From positions 248,001 through 312,000 of the forward strand of contig OW569378.1 in the NCBI GenBank assembly GCA_937625935.1: a DNA stretch of 64,000 nucleotides. The letters are read 5' to 3'. Position 1 is the first letter of the stretch; each line of letters begins with the position of its first letter. A model generated the notes under the pieces. It was not told where the DNA came from and searched no databases. It saw nothing but the letters and a program-made list of their open reading frames with translations. The DNA comes from Tetramitus jugosus (Eukaryota > Protista > Heterolobosea). A program made the position numbers and the translations under genes. Below are positions 9,195-21,344 of the stretch, piece by piece.

Positions 9195-12133
9195 ATGGTC
9201 AAACAAAAGTTGATTTTTCATAATACCACAAACAACAACAATAATACCAACACCACAAGCAACAACAATGGAAAAACTCAAAAGAAAAAATCACAACCAG
9301 TAAAACAACCAGAAAATCCAGAGCAAACTCCAGTTGCACCAGCCGTCACATCATCCACAACAACAAATGTACAGGAAAACATCAAAACAGTCGTAAGTGA
9401 TGCACCAGTGATGACAGAATACGAAGAAGATGAGAATGATGTCACCACAGTCAATGAACAAACAGCAATGAAACAGTTGAATCAATTGCGAAAGAAAATG
9501 AAAAAATTCAGTAAACTAGAGGAAGAGGTATGGTATTGATGTGTAGTAGTGTTTCGTTAGTTGCGTTCTCATTTATGTTTGGATCATATCAAAATATTTA
9601 CACCACCACCACATCTTCTTTGACACCATGAATCAACAATACGCAGATACAAACTGATTTGGATATCATGCAAGTCAAACTAAAGAGTATGAAGAATAAG
9701 AAGAAGAAGGGTGGCGCAGATGAGCAGAATGCGTTTTTGGAGAAGAAGCTACAATTGAAACAAACAAAGTACAATCAAAGACTAAAGCAAATGCAAGATA
9801 TGGTTGATTTCATAAAGACTACTCATTTGGGAGTTGAATCATTGGATTCAGTGATGGCTGATGTTGTTAAAATGGCTCAGAAGAAGGATGTTCAAATCAA
9901 GGCAAGTTTGGATCAACTCAAAGGATTAGAAAAGCAAATGAACAAGAAAGACAAGCAATTGTCCGAGCAGGAAAAGTTCATTTCTGAATTTGATATGCAT
10001 TCTAGTTTGCATGTATGTATTGATCCCATCACCATTGTGCTTTGCTTTCATGCTCGTTGATGATTAACACCACTATATCTCGTATAGGACACTGAATTGA
10101 GCACCATGAGGAAAAACTTGCAATTGGAAGAAGAAAAAAGTTCGACTCTGCAACGCCAGGTCAATCAACTGAAGGAACAGTTGGCAACAGTGGAGCAGAG
10201 AGCAAGCAGTGAGAAGGAGAAGAGTGGAAATTCAACACAACAACACGAACAACTTGTACAGAAGCTACGACAGGAATTGAAAGAGAAGGAAGCGATTATT
10301 GAACAGCGCATTGGTGTTGAAAATCAAAAAGCAGCATTGATTACGAATCATGTGAGTGATCTCAGACAAAAGGCTGCAAGAATCTTGGAGCTCGAAAGTA
10401 AGTTGCAAGAGCAATCCATTTCATTGAAGAATGTGAGAGAAGAGGCTCTACGTGCTCAATCCATGTTGAAAATGAGTGAGGACAAGTTTGAGGACTTAAG
10501 TGTAAAGTATAACGCTCAAACCGATGAACTGAACAAACGAAAATCTGTCCAAGAAATTTTGAATACTGACTTGCATAACTTCCGAACCAAATATGCTCAA
10601 TTGCAACACAACTTCAAAATGGTTGATCGAGATGCGAGAACATACTTTGCTCAAGTGCAGGATTTAGAACACAAGTTGCGAGAGCAACCACCCATTTTTG
10701 TGCCAGTGAAGTTCGAAGAAGACATTCTGGATGAAGTAGCCAGACAACGTGAGATCTCCACTCATGCGCTGGTGCTGAAGGATGTTGTGAAGCTAATTCA
10801 GGTTGTCGACTACTTTGATATCTCAAAGCCTGATGGAATGGATGTCAGACATATGTTTATCTCGGACCAAATCGGGCTCAGAAGAGATGGAAAATTCACA
10901 ATGTTTAATTCATTGCATGATTTTGATGCGTTTGATCACATGTGTAGAGTTTTGCGAGGAAGTCAGCAATCAACTCAATCTCGAGAGTCCGCAGTTTCAG
11001 ATGCTGTTACTATGATTCAAAAGCTATTGGCCAGACATCACGATGAAATTACTCCTGGAACGACATTCAAACAATTAGATGGACAAATTGTTGAGCTTCT
11101 TACATCTAATATCTACTTGACTGGTAGAACATTGTATCCATACAATGGTCCTGATTCTGGATCCGATGTTTCATTCAGCTACTCGGCATCAAGTCGCGAC
11201 TCAACACGCAACAGACCTGATTTATTCACGAATGGATTTGACTATAACAACAAACTAGATACTGCCAAAGTTTCAACAAATCAATCGAAACATTCAGTCG
11301 AAGAGAATCAAGGCAGTACACCGCTATACGTGATAAGCAGTAATACGACGGCTACAACCGAACAATCACCTCCGATCGATATACCTACGACCCATACTGA
11401 TGGCTTCCGTTTCGATTCAATTGGTGTGAAGCTTGTTAGAGATCAGGAAGAGGACATGCACTCCACTCCTGATTCCACACCAAAGAAGCAAAAGCAAAAG
11501 AAACAACCAAAGAATCGATCAGCATCACCACCCTCAGAGGTTGAAGCACAAAAGCAAAAACCTGGTAAACAAAAGAAGCTGAAGAAAGTTAAGCCAGATA
11601 GATCTACACCGTTGACTGACTCATCGAGTCAAGAGACTCTGATCCTTCCAGCTGCCACTGCACCTGTGCTTCCTTCAGGTGATGAAGCGAAGAATGAACT
11701 GAACATACAGGCCCAGAAGGTTCATACAAAGAAGAAACCACTTCTGGTTTCAGTAATTCCTGTAGCACCTGAGGCTCCCTTGTCTGAACCAACCAAAGAG
11801 AATCAACCAGTGCGTCACAAATCAGCTCCCAAGAAGGTCAAGAAGTTTATACCCGTGCAAGAACAACCGGACACAAAGCAGCAACCAATTGCTGTTTCAA
11901 CCACTGCCAAAGCTAGTCCACCAGTTCCAACAACACATCAAGTGAGAACAAAATCTGCAAAACCAGATGTCCATACAACTGCTGAGTCATCAGCTCAACC
12001 CGTGACCAAGAAACAAACCACTCCTGAGGCCAACACTGAAGTTGAAGTGAAGAAAGGCAAGGATGCCGTGCACCGAGGCAACCAAAAGCCTCACAGACGC
12101 AAGGTATTTGTGAAAGCAAAGCCCGATTCATGA
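9195..12133 (+). CDS. Large coiled-coil protein with a Caprin-1 dimerisation-like domain, 3 exons (9195-9527, 9647-10012, 10088-12133)
   Basis: Two GT-AG introns join three ORFs in frame. LLARHHDEITPGTTFKQLDGQIVELLTSNIY resembles the Caprin-1 dimerisation C-terminal motif. Confidence 0.7.
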
Positions 12134-12269
12134 AGCTTACACTTTCCTTTATAAATAACGCTGAGAATATTCCGTCGCGTTATTTTCTTGAACAAGCAAA
12201 AAAATGTTTCTTTTCAAACAAGTAAAACGAAGTTAAGACAATCATTCACACAACAACAGACCATTGATT

Positions 12270-14906
12270 ATGAGTGATCACAACAACATCGTTACCACAA
12301 ATGATACCATCAATGAACAAAACAAAAACACCAATGATGATCCCATAGTTGTTGACGACGACGAAGCAGTAGCAACCGCCACCACAACGACAACAGCGAC
12401 AACAACAACAACAAGAAAAAGATCAAGAAAGAGCAAGGAAGGAATCGAAGGTGCAGAAGCAGACAATGCAACAACTTCAACTTTAGACACTACAAAAAAA
12501 CGAAAGAAAAAAAAGAGCTCTTCCAAAAACACTGAAGCAGCAGCAACAACCACAACGTCAACAAGCGTTGCATCCTCATCAGAAAATATCGTTTTACAAA
12601 ATGAAGTCAAATCACAAGTCGATGAATACATGAGATACACCAAAGCTCAAGACTATAGTCAACTCATTTTGAAGCCTGATCATGCTGTGAGACCCATTTG
12701 GGTCACACCTGACAAGCACATTTTTTTGGAGACGTTTTCACCCATTTATCAACAAGCATATGATTTTTTGGTTGCGATTGCTGAGCCGTTGAGTAGACCA
12801 GAGAATTTGCACGAGTATATGCTCACAGAGTATTCACTGTATGCTGCGGTGAGTATTGGTCTCGGAACGGAACAAATTTTGAAAATTTTGGAAAAGTTGT
12901 CAAAGATTCATTTGAGCACAGAGACCAAGGACTTTATCACAAATTGTACAAAGAGTTATGGTAAGGTGAAACTTGTGATTCAACAAAACAAGTTTCATGT
13001 GGAGAGTCCAAATCGTGAAGTCATTCTTCAATTGTTGACTCAGAGTGAAATTGCTAATGCAGCTGTGAGACCAGAGAAGAATGGTATACCGAAAGCAACG
13101 ATTGATCCATCTGGAAAATTCTATGTTGTGAAGAGGGACTCCAAAGACAATGAAGTTGAACGTTTTCAAGTACAGAGTGCAACCAATAAGAATGTGGCAG
13201 CATTAGACGGTTCTTCATCAGGTGTTAATGGCAGTGGCAATGATCAATTGACAGAGTTGACAAAGGCTGTACAGGAGTTGAATGAGGATGGAGATGAGGA
13301 TGATGATGAATTGGGAAGATCTCACATCAAGGAGCTCTATTCATTCCAAATCGATGCCAGCAAAGTGGAAAATGTCAAAAAGTGTTGCATGAAGAATGAT
13401 TTTCCAATGTTGGAGGAGTATGATTTCAAGAATGATACAGTGAACGAGAATTTGGGTATTGATTTGAAACCTACAACTACCATTCGTTCCTATCAAGAGA
13501 AATCATTGAGCAAAATGTTCAGTAATGGTAGAGCTAGATCAGGTATTATTGTGCTGCCTTGTGGTGCTGGTAAAACACTTGTCGGTATCACTGCTGCATG
13601 TACGGTCAAGAAGAGCACTCTGGTCCTCTGTATCAATCAAGTGTCTGTAGAACAGTGGAGAAATCAGTTTAGATTGTGGACCACCGTCGCAGATGATCGT
13701 ATTGTTACCTTTACATCTACCAATAAGACACCGATGCCAAAGGATGGTCCTGTCGTTGTTATTACAACTTACAATATGATTACTATGCCAAGAAATCGTA
13801 ATGCTGATGGTAGATTGGTCATGGAACAAATGCAAAACAGAGAGTGGGGTCTCATGGTGCTTGATGAGGTGCATGTGGCACCTGCTGACATGTTCAGAAA
13901 GGTGATCTCTGTTGTGAAGGCTCATTGTAAATTAGGTTTGACTGCTACTCTTTTGAGAGAGGATGATAGGATTGATGATTTGTACTTTTTGGTAGGATCA
14001 AAGTTGTATGAGGCCAATTGGTTAGATTTGCAAAGAAATGGATTCTTGGCTGTTGTTCAGTGTGTGGAAGTTTGGTGTCCAATGACTCCCGAGTTTTATG
14101 CGAAGTACTTGGAGCATGACACGAATAATGCCAAGAAGAAATTCTTGTACATTATGAATCCAAACAAGGTTCGAGCATGTGAGTACCTGATTCGTGTTCA
14201 CGAGAAGAGAGGAGACAAAACAATTGTGTTTTCCGATAATGTTTGTGCACTTGAATACTATGCCCGAGAGTTGATGCGACCATACATTTTCGGTGACACT
14301 TCTCAGAATGAACGTATTGAAATTCTGGAGCGATTCCGACAATCAACCACTCCGGAACACAACACAGTGTTCATCAGTAAGGTTGGTGATACTGCTATCG
14401 ATATTCCTGAAGCCACAGTCATTATCCAGATTTCTTCTCACTTTGGTTCGAGAAGACAAGAGGCGCAACGTCTGGGTAGAATTTTGAGACCAAAGGGTTT
14501 GGGTGCAAGAAATCAACAAGCATTCTTCTACTCATTGGTTTCTCAAGACACGATGGAAATGTTCTATTCTTCCAAGAGACAAAAGTTTTTGGTGGATCAA
14601 GGTTACAGTTTCCGAGTATGGGAAAACATCCATGAAAGTTTTAACAAACACCCTCAGGAACTGACGCTCATGAAATCGAAACAGGAAGAAATTGCTCTCC
14701 TGCAAAATATTTTTGCTATGGATGACAGCAGAGCAGCAACCGAAAAGGTGGACAAAGAAGGAAGAACCAGAAAGAATGCTTCTGCCAAAGACAAGTCCGG
14801 AGCATCAGGTAGTATCTATGATGAAAAGAAGAGCAAGGATGACAAACCATCTCATCCGCTCTTCAGAAACAGAGACAGAGGTAGAATCAGTAAGCTGAAC
14901 CTTTAA
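12270..14906 (+). CDS. XPB: TFIIH DNA helicase XPB
   Basis: ARSGIIVLPCGAGKT, DEVH, GLTATLLREDD and QISSHFGSRRQEAQRLGRILR. Confidence 0.98.
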   Translation: MSDHNNIVTTNDTINEQNKNTNDDPIVVDDDEAVATATTTTTATTTTTRKRSRKSKEGIEGAEADNATTSTLDTTKKRKKKKSSSKNTEAAATTTTSTSVASSSENIVLQNEVKSQVDEYMRYTKAQDYSQLILKPDHAVRPIWVTPDKHIFLETFSPIYQQAYDFLVAIAEPLSRPENLHEYMLTEYSLYAAVSIGLGTEQILKILEKLSKIHLSTETKDFITNCTKSYGKVKLVIQQNKFHVESPNREVILQLLTQSEIANAAVRPEKNGIPKATIDPSGKFYVVKRDSKDNEVERFQVQSATNKNVAALDGSSSGVNGSGNDQLTELTKAVQELNEDGDEDDDELGRSHIKELYSFQIDASKVENVKKCCMKNDFPMLEEYDFKNDTVNENLGIDLKPTTTIRSYQEKSLSKMFSNGRARSGIIVLPCGAGKTLVGITAACTVKKSTLVLCINQVSVEQWRNQFRLWTTVADDRIVTFTSTNKTPMPKDGPVVVITTYNMITMPRNRNADGRLVMEQMQNREWGLMVLDEVHVAPADMFRKVISVVKAHCKLGLTATLLREDDRIDDLYFLVGSKLYEANWLDLQRNGFLAVVQCVEVWCPMTPEFYAKYLEHDTNNAKKKFLYIMNPNKVRACEYLIRVHEKRGDKTIVFSDNVCALEYYARELMRPYIFGDTSQNERIEILERFRQSTTPEHNTVFISKVGDTAIDIPEATVIIQISSHFGSRRQEAQRLGRILRPKGLGARNQQAFFYSLVSQDTMEMFYSSKRQKFLVDQGYSFRVWENIHESFNKHPQELTLMKSKQEEIALLQNIFAMDDSRAATEKVDKEGRTRKNASAKDKSGASGSIYDEKKSKDDKPSHPLFRNRDRGRISKLNL

Positions 14907-15001
14907 AGGATTAATCATTAAAATATCATTAAAGATGATTGTTCTTACCTTAGAGTTCCAATGTTCGACAACAAATCCAAACAAAAAGCAATCGACAGAA
15001 A

Positions 15002-15988
15002 ATGATTGTTGTTGGTTGGGATCTGGCTGAGGATGAAATAATACAGATTTTTCACTTTCTAACCGTATCAGATGTTTGCAAGTGTTGTCAAGTTGACTCT
15101 ACTACTCTTAAACTCATCAGGTCGAGCAACTCTCTGTGGTCTTTGTTCATGAAACGTGATTTTCTGAAGTATCAGCTGTTTCAGGGTGGGTCAAGAAATC
15201 ACAGAGGGCAACAAGCAATTGGTTTCAACAGTTGTGATCAGATGAAAGACTACGTGTATTATCATGTGCGATACCATCAGTTTCCTTTTGACAGGATAAC
15301 CCACACCGCTGAGTTGGGAGAGAATATGGTGACAGCAAAGGTATTCTTCGGAGTGTCACGAAGCTCACTAAACCTTGTTGTGCTCTTTGCACTGATGAGA
15401 AAACAATTTTTGAAAGGGAACGAAGAATTGGAGAGTGCAGTTCATATGGACAACTCGATTATGTATTTGGCGTCCAGACGACCACAACTGATTCCTCATC
15501 TTCGTCTTTTAATTTGGATGTCCACTGGATTAGGACCATTCAGAGGCAGTGAATTCTCTCGCTCCCTTGCTTGTGTATTGATCTCCTTAGACTCTGATGA
15601 TGCTTGGAAAGAAGATAGCTATGTGAACGACGATATTCCTCATAATTCATTGTCAAAGGCTTTGTATTCACTGAAAGAGGTTCAACCCACTCTGAATCTG
15701 GAACCTCCCCATGCTTGCAAGGGTGTTCTAATCGTTGGTCTAGGTACTTGGTCCCCTGACGCACCTATATCTAAACAGAGATTTCTAAAGGATTGCACTG
15801 ATGTATTCCACTCACTACCGATGGAATACATAGAGTTGACGGCAGACAATGTGAAAGAGACGTCAGATGCAATATTGTCCCTGTTTTTCTCATGCTACCA
15901 AGAGGCAACAATGGAGAACGAACCTCACACAGACGAAGTCATGACTTTGCCTGAAAAGTCTAAGCAGACAAGGTGCATCATTACCTAA
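15002..15988 (+). CDS. F-box protein with degenerate Ras-like domain and CaaX box
   Basis: N-terminal F-box (LAEDEIIQIFHFL...QV....W); Ras-like spacing LLIWMSTG / LIVG / YIELTADNV; ends in CIIT. Confidence 0.7.
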   Translation: MIVVGWDLAEDEIIQIFHFLTVSDVCKCCQVDSTTLKLIRSSNSLWSLFMKRDFLKYQLFQGGSRNHRGQQAIGFNSCDQMKDYVYYHVRYHQFPFDRITHTAELGENMVTAKVFFGVSRSSLNLVVLFALMRKQFLKGNEELESAVHMDNSIMYLASRRPQLIPHLRLLIWMSTGLGPFRGSEFSRSLACVLISLDSDDAWKEDSYVNDDIPHNSLSKALYSLKEVQPTLNLEPPHACKGVLIVGLGTWSPDAPISKQRFLKDCTDVFHSLPMEYIELTADNVKETSDAILSLFFSCYQEATMENEPHTDEVMTLPEKSKQTRCIIT

Positions 15989-16251
15989 CATACTTTTCTC
16001 CGATCTGAAACTTCGTTTCGGCTGGCAACCAGAACAGAGATTGGTTCAAATTAAATGATTGCGGGTGCGGTAACCATGTTTGGATCAAACGTGCGCAGCG
16101 CAAAATGATTTTTTGATTGAATTTGTAAACTCTAATAAAGAAACCATGACAACAACATCAAACAAAGCAAACGTCAGTCAAGCAACAAAAAACAAAACAA
16201 GCAAAACTGCAAAGTTCTTCTTATTATTATTATTAATATAATTAAAAAAAA

Positions 16252-17478
16252 ATGATGAAAAAAGTCTATGTTCTCGGTGGACACACCTCAAAATTCATTG
16301 GAAAGAATCATCCAGACTTCATCTGGAAGAAGCATCCATTGTTTGGTCAAAAGGAGAACCCAAAACTGAAAGAGTACATTGTTGAGACTGTTCAAAAGAC
16401 GTTGAGCATGAACGGAACAGATGCAAAGTTGGTTGATAAGGCCTACGTGTCCAATTTTGCTGGTGAATTGTTCAGTTCTCAAGGTCACTTGGGATCGACT
16501 CTTGCTGAAGCAAGTGATAAGCTCATGTTTGTTCCTTCAATGAGAGTCGAAGGTGCTTGTGCATCCGGTGGTTTGGCTTTTAATGCCGCTGTAGACTCTG
16601 TTTTGGCGGGAAATGATATTTGCTTGGTGCTTGGCGCCGAAGTGCAAAACACGGTTTCTGCTCGCGAGGGTGGAGATTTTTTGGCAAGAGCGGCAGATTA
16701 TGAGAGACAGAGACCATTGGATGATTTTACGTTCCCTGCTCTGTTTGCTCTCAGAAAGCAAAAGTATTTGGCAAGGTATGGTATTAAGCAAGAGGATGTG
16801 GATGCTGTTGTGCTCAAGTGTTATCAAAATGGTCACAAGAATCCATTGGCTCACATGCATGCTACGCCAATGACTGAGAAGGATGTTGCAGAGTCGGCCA
16901 CCTTTTTGAGCAATGCTGAATTGAAGCCATACTTGAAGTTGGCAGAGTGCTCTCAAGTGTCTGATGGTGCCAGTGGATTGATTGTTGTGAGTGAAGAAGG
17001 TTTGAAGAAGATTGGTTTGGACAAGAGCCACGCTATTGAACTCATGTCTTCTCAGATCTGTACTGGTAACTTGTATCAGGACACTGATGAGACTTTGACC
17101 GATATGCTGACCAGTGCCGAAGCTGCCAAGAGAGCTTATGCCAAGGCTGGCATTAAGCACACGGATGTTAATGTTGCTGAAGTTCATGATTGCTTTGCCA
17201 TTGCTGAGGTCTGTATGATGGATGCTCTCGGATTCTCAAAGAAGGGTGAGGGTGCCTTTGTTCACAAGGAGAGACCAATTGTCAACTGTGGCGGTGGTTT
17301 GTTGAGTTATGGACATCCTGTCGGTACTACTGGAGTCAAGCAAATTAATGAGATCTTTAAGCAAATGAAGGGCAAGGCTGGTGACTATCAATTGTCTGGC
17401 CCTGTTGACATTGGCTTGGCAGCAAATATGGGAGGAAACGACAAGACAACTGTCGTCAGTATTTTCAAGAACACATAG
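16252..17478 (+). CDS. SCP2-type thiolase
   Basis: VEGACASGG, EVHDCF (diagnostic of SCP2-thiolases) and GHPVGTTG. Confidence 0.92.
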   Translation: MMKKVYVLGGHTSKFIGKNHPDFIWKKHPLFGQKENPKLKEYIVETVQKTLSMNGTDAKLVDKAYVSNFAGELFSSQGHLGSTLAEASDKLMFVPSMRVEGACASGGLAFNAAVDSVLAGNDICLVLGAEVQNTVSAREGGDFLARAADYERQRPLDDFTFPALFALRKQKYLARYGIKQEDVDAVVLKCYQNGHKNPLAHMHATPMTEKDVAESATFLSNAELKPYLKLAECSQVSDGASGLIVVSEEGLKKIGLDKSHAIELMSSQICTGNLYQDTDETLTDMLTSAEAAKRAYAKAGIKHTDVNVAEVHDCFAIAEVCMMDALGFSKKGEGAFVHKERPIVNCGGGLLSYGHPVGTTGVKQINEIFKQMKGKAGDYQLSGPVDIGLAANMGGNDKTTVVSIFKNT

Positions 17479-18899
17479 ATAAACCATTGCGACCCTATTG
17501 GCCATTAAAAAATTTTCCAAGTTTTTGCAATTTCAAGACAAAATTGTTTTATTTTCTGAAATTTTTTAATGGCCAGCTTGATCAATCAAAAGGAATACGT
17601 TCCGAAATAGCATGTTTTCGACCGCACAGGTTCTCCACACAGCGCCCCTTTACCTTATCCTTGGTGAATTTTGCAATAATATGCATCGTAGAAAGGTTTC
17701 TTAACCCCAACCCCAATGACCAACGACTGGAATCCTAGATGAGTAGACCACTGATCCAAAACCTTCTCCATAAACTCCCTCAGATTTTTAAATATATAAG
17801 AAGATATCAATCGACCATTGCCATCTTTATAAAGGCTAAAAATGCTGCTCTATTCCAGATAGACGTTTCCATAGAGTTCAGAGTTGTTATTAAAGTGGGT
17901 TATCAGAATACACTTTCAGAAATCGAGCTCCGAAAGTAATTTCACAATTCTTAGGGATTTTAGTCTTCCTTACTCGAGAGAAGAATTGGAACGATCAAAC
18001 ATTTTGAGAACGTCATCACATGACTCAACAACTCCATCCATATCACCTCAAAGTGATCAATGAATTTTTGAAAACTAACACAGGAAAAGTGACCTACTCC
18101 AGTGGCATGAGGTGCATTAGAATACAGAATATAAACAACGCCTCTATACTGCATATACTTCTCAACCTCATTTTTCTCGAATTGACGGAGAATGCCTTCA
18201 AGAGAGTTGTATATATTTGTCCGCATTGTTGTTTCACCACCATTCTCAACATCAATCAGAGACACATCATGAGCTCGATGTATTTGATTAGTTGTATGAT
18301 GATTGACACTCAAAAATTTACATAAAAATCTCTTTGAGTGCATATAGGGTCCCAAAAATTGGATATAATACTAGTAACTGCGTGTTCAATAAACCTTGGG
18401 CTACAGTGAATTTAACATCCAATTCACTGTTAAATTGGACAATTGATTGCTCATCTTTTAAGATGGAATTTTCAATGTAGTTTTACTCTTCCATCACCTC
18501 AACTTCAGTATAATAATGTTCCCTCGTTATTATTTCAAATCAATAAAGCTTTCCCCAATTAAATGTGAATATAGTCTCTGTTGCAATTTCACCGAGAACA
18601 AAATCCAATCTCAAAAAGATACAAAGTACAAGTTGGTGCTGACGAAGAATGGAATTTAAACACTCATTACTATCGTACCTAACCCTTCAGTACATCCATC
18701 TGAACTCTCAAACACAATGGCACATCTTCTTTCTGAAGTTCTCATCGACATTTTATGGTCCATAAGTGAACAAATCCTACCCAAATTGCAACACCAGGTG
18801 TTATCCTTCATCAGTTTCTGAGTACACTCATATGATTTCTTCAACCATTGTTCACTGTCAATGGAGGCAACTAGTTTGAATTGGTGCATCATCTCCGTC

Positions 18900-19486
18900 T
18901 ATCCAAAATGTGGAACGCATTGCCGTAAAACTTCATGGTTTGCTTCGGAGCTTTGCCTGGTTTGAAGACTGCCGTTTCATTTGCACAAATGAACTGCAAG
19001 TATCGTGTCTTGTTCGTGTCAACTGAGATTTGCAGCACGCACATTGAACCAGAGCCTACAACTGAGAACTTTGTCAGTTTGGACAAGATGTATTGGAAGG
19101 TGACTGATGCTGGATGGAGACTTGGTCTCAAAGGACATTCCTGATTTGATCTTCAATAACGTTGAAACATTTTTAAAGGAGATGCTCGGCGCAAGACATG
19201 GAAGTGTTGCCAATATTCCAAAGCTGGATGCCGACTGGGCAGTACATCCAAGAGGAAAGTTGATTGCTGTCGAAAAAGCCCTGGGGCTAAAAAAAGAGCA
19301 AACAAAGCACAGTTGGAGCATTATGAAAGACAGAGGAAACATGTCCAGCAGCACAATTCTGCATATCTTGCAAAATTATGATCAAGATTCTCTCATATGA
19401 AACAGAAGGCATTGGAATGCTGTATGGTGTTCGGACAGGGACCTACGATGGAAAGTTGTTCTCTTAGAAGATTGAACAATAATTAA
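18900..19486 (+). pseudogene. Type III polyketide synthase (chalcone synthase-like) pseudogene
   Basis: Frameshifted pieces: MVCFGALPGLKTA...RVLFVSTEICSTH; SKDIP...WAVHPRGK...GNMSSSTILHIL; FGQGPTME. The Cys-His-Asn triad positions are still recognisable. Confidence 0.85.
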
Positions 19487-20499
19487 TATATCAATTTGCA
19501 TTCACACCTATTCCTGCGTTGTCAGTAAACGAGAGTATACCTGCACTGGGAGGTGTGAACCGTCGAAGGGTCGGGTAGTAAAATCCGTAAAGACTGAGGT
19601 GCCGATACAGTCCAAGATACCTTGCCCATTGTCATCTGATGTGAAAAAACAATTACCATAACAAGATCTCATTCACCAGCAGGACCCGGATGATTAACAT
19701 TCGTATTTCAAACGCAGCGGACTCGAATGATACCAAGTGGTTGTTTCCTAGGCAAACATTTTTTTGTCCACAATGATCTGCCGTAGTGGAAGTATATCTG
19801 ATCATGATCGATTCAACCTAATACTCCCCCGCATGACTATTTTTCGTTTTCATTTTAGTCTGAATGAATCTGACAACTTACCACATTTTCAAATCTGATA
19901 TCACCCCTGAAGAAAGACAAATCGTCTTACAATTTGACGCCCAGAAAATGTATGAACGTTTATGTGTTCGTCAGCTGAGATACATTTTGAATGTTGTTGG
20001 GGCAAGTATCGATGGTATGCAGATCACACCTGCCAGAAAAAAGATCGAGTATGCAAGAAATATTGTCAAGTTCCAACAATTGTTTGAACCAGTTTTAAGG
20101 GCTTTGCTTCGTCCATCATCGCAGCCTCCATCACCATTCGACCACCTCCTCGAACTAATTGTACTGATAACACTCTTGTTCGTCTTCTCGTTCACGATGA
20201 AGAGCTCTTCGGTCAGGGTTTGATTCAATCATCGAGAACTAATGTCGATGGTGTTTTTGTAAATGTTAAAGTTAAGTTACTCAGCTGTAAGATTCTCAGG
20301 ATACTCCAGCTACCGTTGGAGTCATCATTCCGTGGAACAAGAATGATATCATTGATGAATCTGTCTATCAATCTATCTTAAACAAGGACAATCGGGTGAT
20401 TATTTAGTACCGTCGACGAAATATTGGATCTAAGGAGCAGAACACATCAAGAGTCAACGAATGTTGATCAAACATCTACCAACAATGGTCAAGCTTGGT

Positions 20500-20660
20500 T
20501 CAAGCTACAAGATTCCATTGCGAAATACTGTAACTCATGTACCATCTGCCAAATGAAAAATGAAACAAAAAGGCCAATTGTTCCATTTCGAATTGTGGTT
20601 GCAGAAAGGCCACTCCAACATCTATATATCGACCTTTCATTCATGATGGTCGACAGCAGC
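20500..20660 (+). mobile_element. Retroviral-type (rve) integrase remnant
   Basis: IAKYCNSCTICQMK...PIVP...ERPLQHLYIDL gives the CxxC of the HHCC finger plus the first catalytic Asp strand. Confidence 0.7.
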
Positions 20661-21344
20661 CAAATTGGGATGGTTCTTCCAGGCATGGAATCCAGAAGAT
20701 AGAGGTGCTCCTTATGCGCCATGGGTTCAAGGTGATCCATGTTCTTTATGGTCTTGTCTTGTTAATTCTGCCTTCACAGCTCCAACAACACCTTGTGCGC
20801 CAGAATATCACGAGAATGACTATGAAGATGGCGTACTCTCCCCTCATACAAATATGCCATCTCTTGGTCATGTTGGAGAGGAAAGAAATGTTGCAGTTGG
20901 TGCTGGTGATAGTGTTGCCAGAAAGCGAGACAGAGAACCTTGAGCACTGCTGGAATGTGTCGGCGAATCACCGAAATTTCCAGTAAAAAGTCGAAAAAAT
21001 AGGAAGAGGAGAAAACTGGAAAATTGCAACCCGCCACCATCATTTCCGCTACAGTGAGAAGCGTATGCAAATATTCAAGAAACCGTTGTGAGGGACATGG
21101 GTGGCGTGGGTTTTCAGGCTCCTTGGACCATTTTTATTAGGGCACGTCGTTACACGCAACTCACAGTGTCCTGAATAAATTGTTCTTGCAAAGACGACCC
21201 ACAGCATGCAAGGAAAATTGAGCAATTGTAATAAATTTTTTTATTGTTTAATAAAATTATGGGTCTGTAGTAGCTTCCAGTCATCTACAAAATTTTGTAG
21301 ATGAAAAAAAAAACTTGAGCATCTACACATGTAGATACCACAGA

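Noticed and set aside
17540-18890. Short broken ORFs at the left edge of the island
   Set aside because: Probably decayed coding sequence, but no motif could be recognised.
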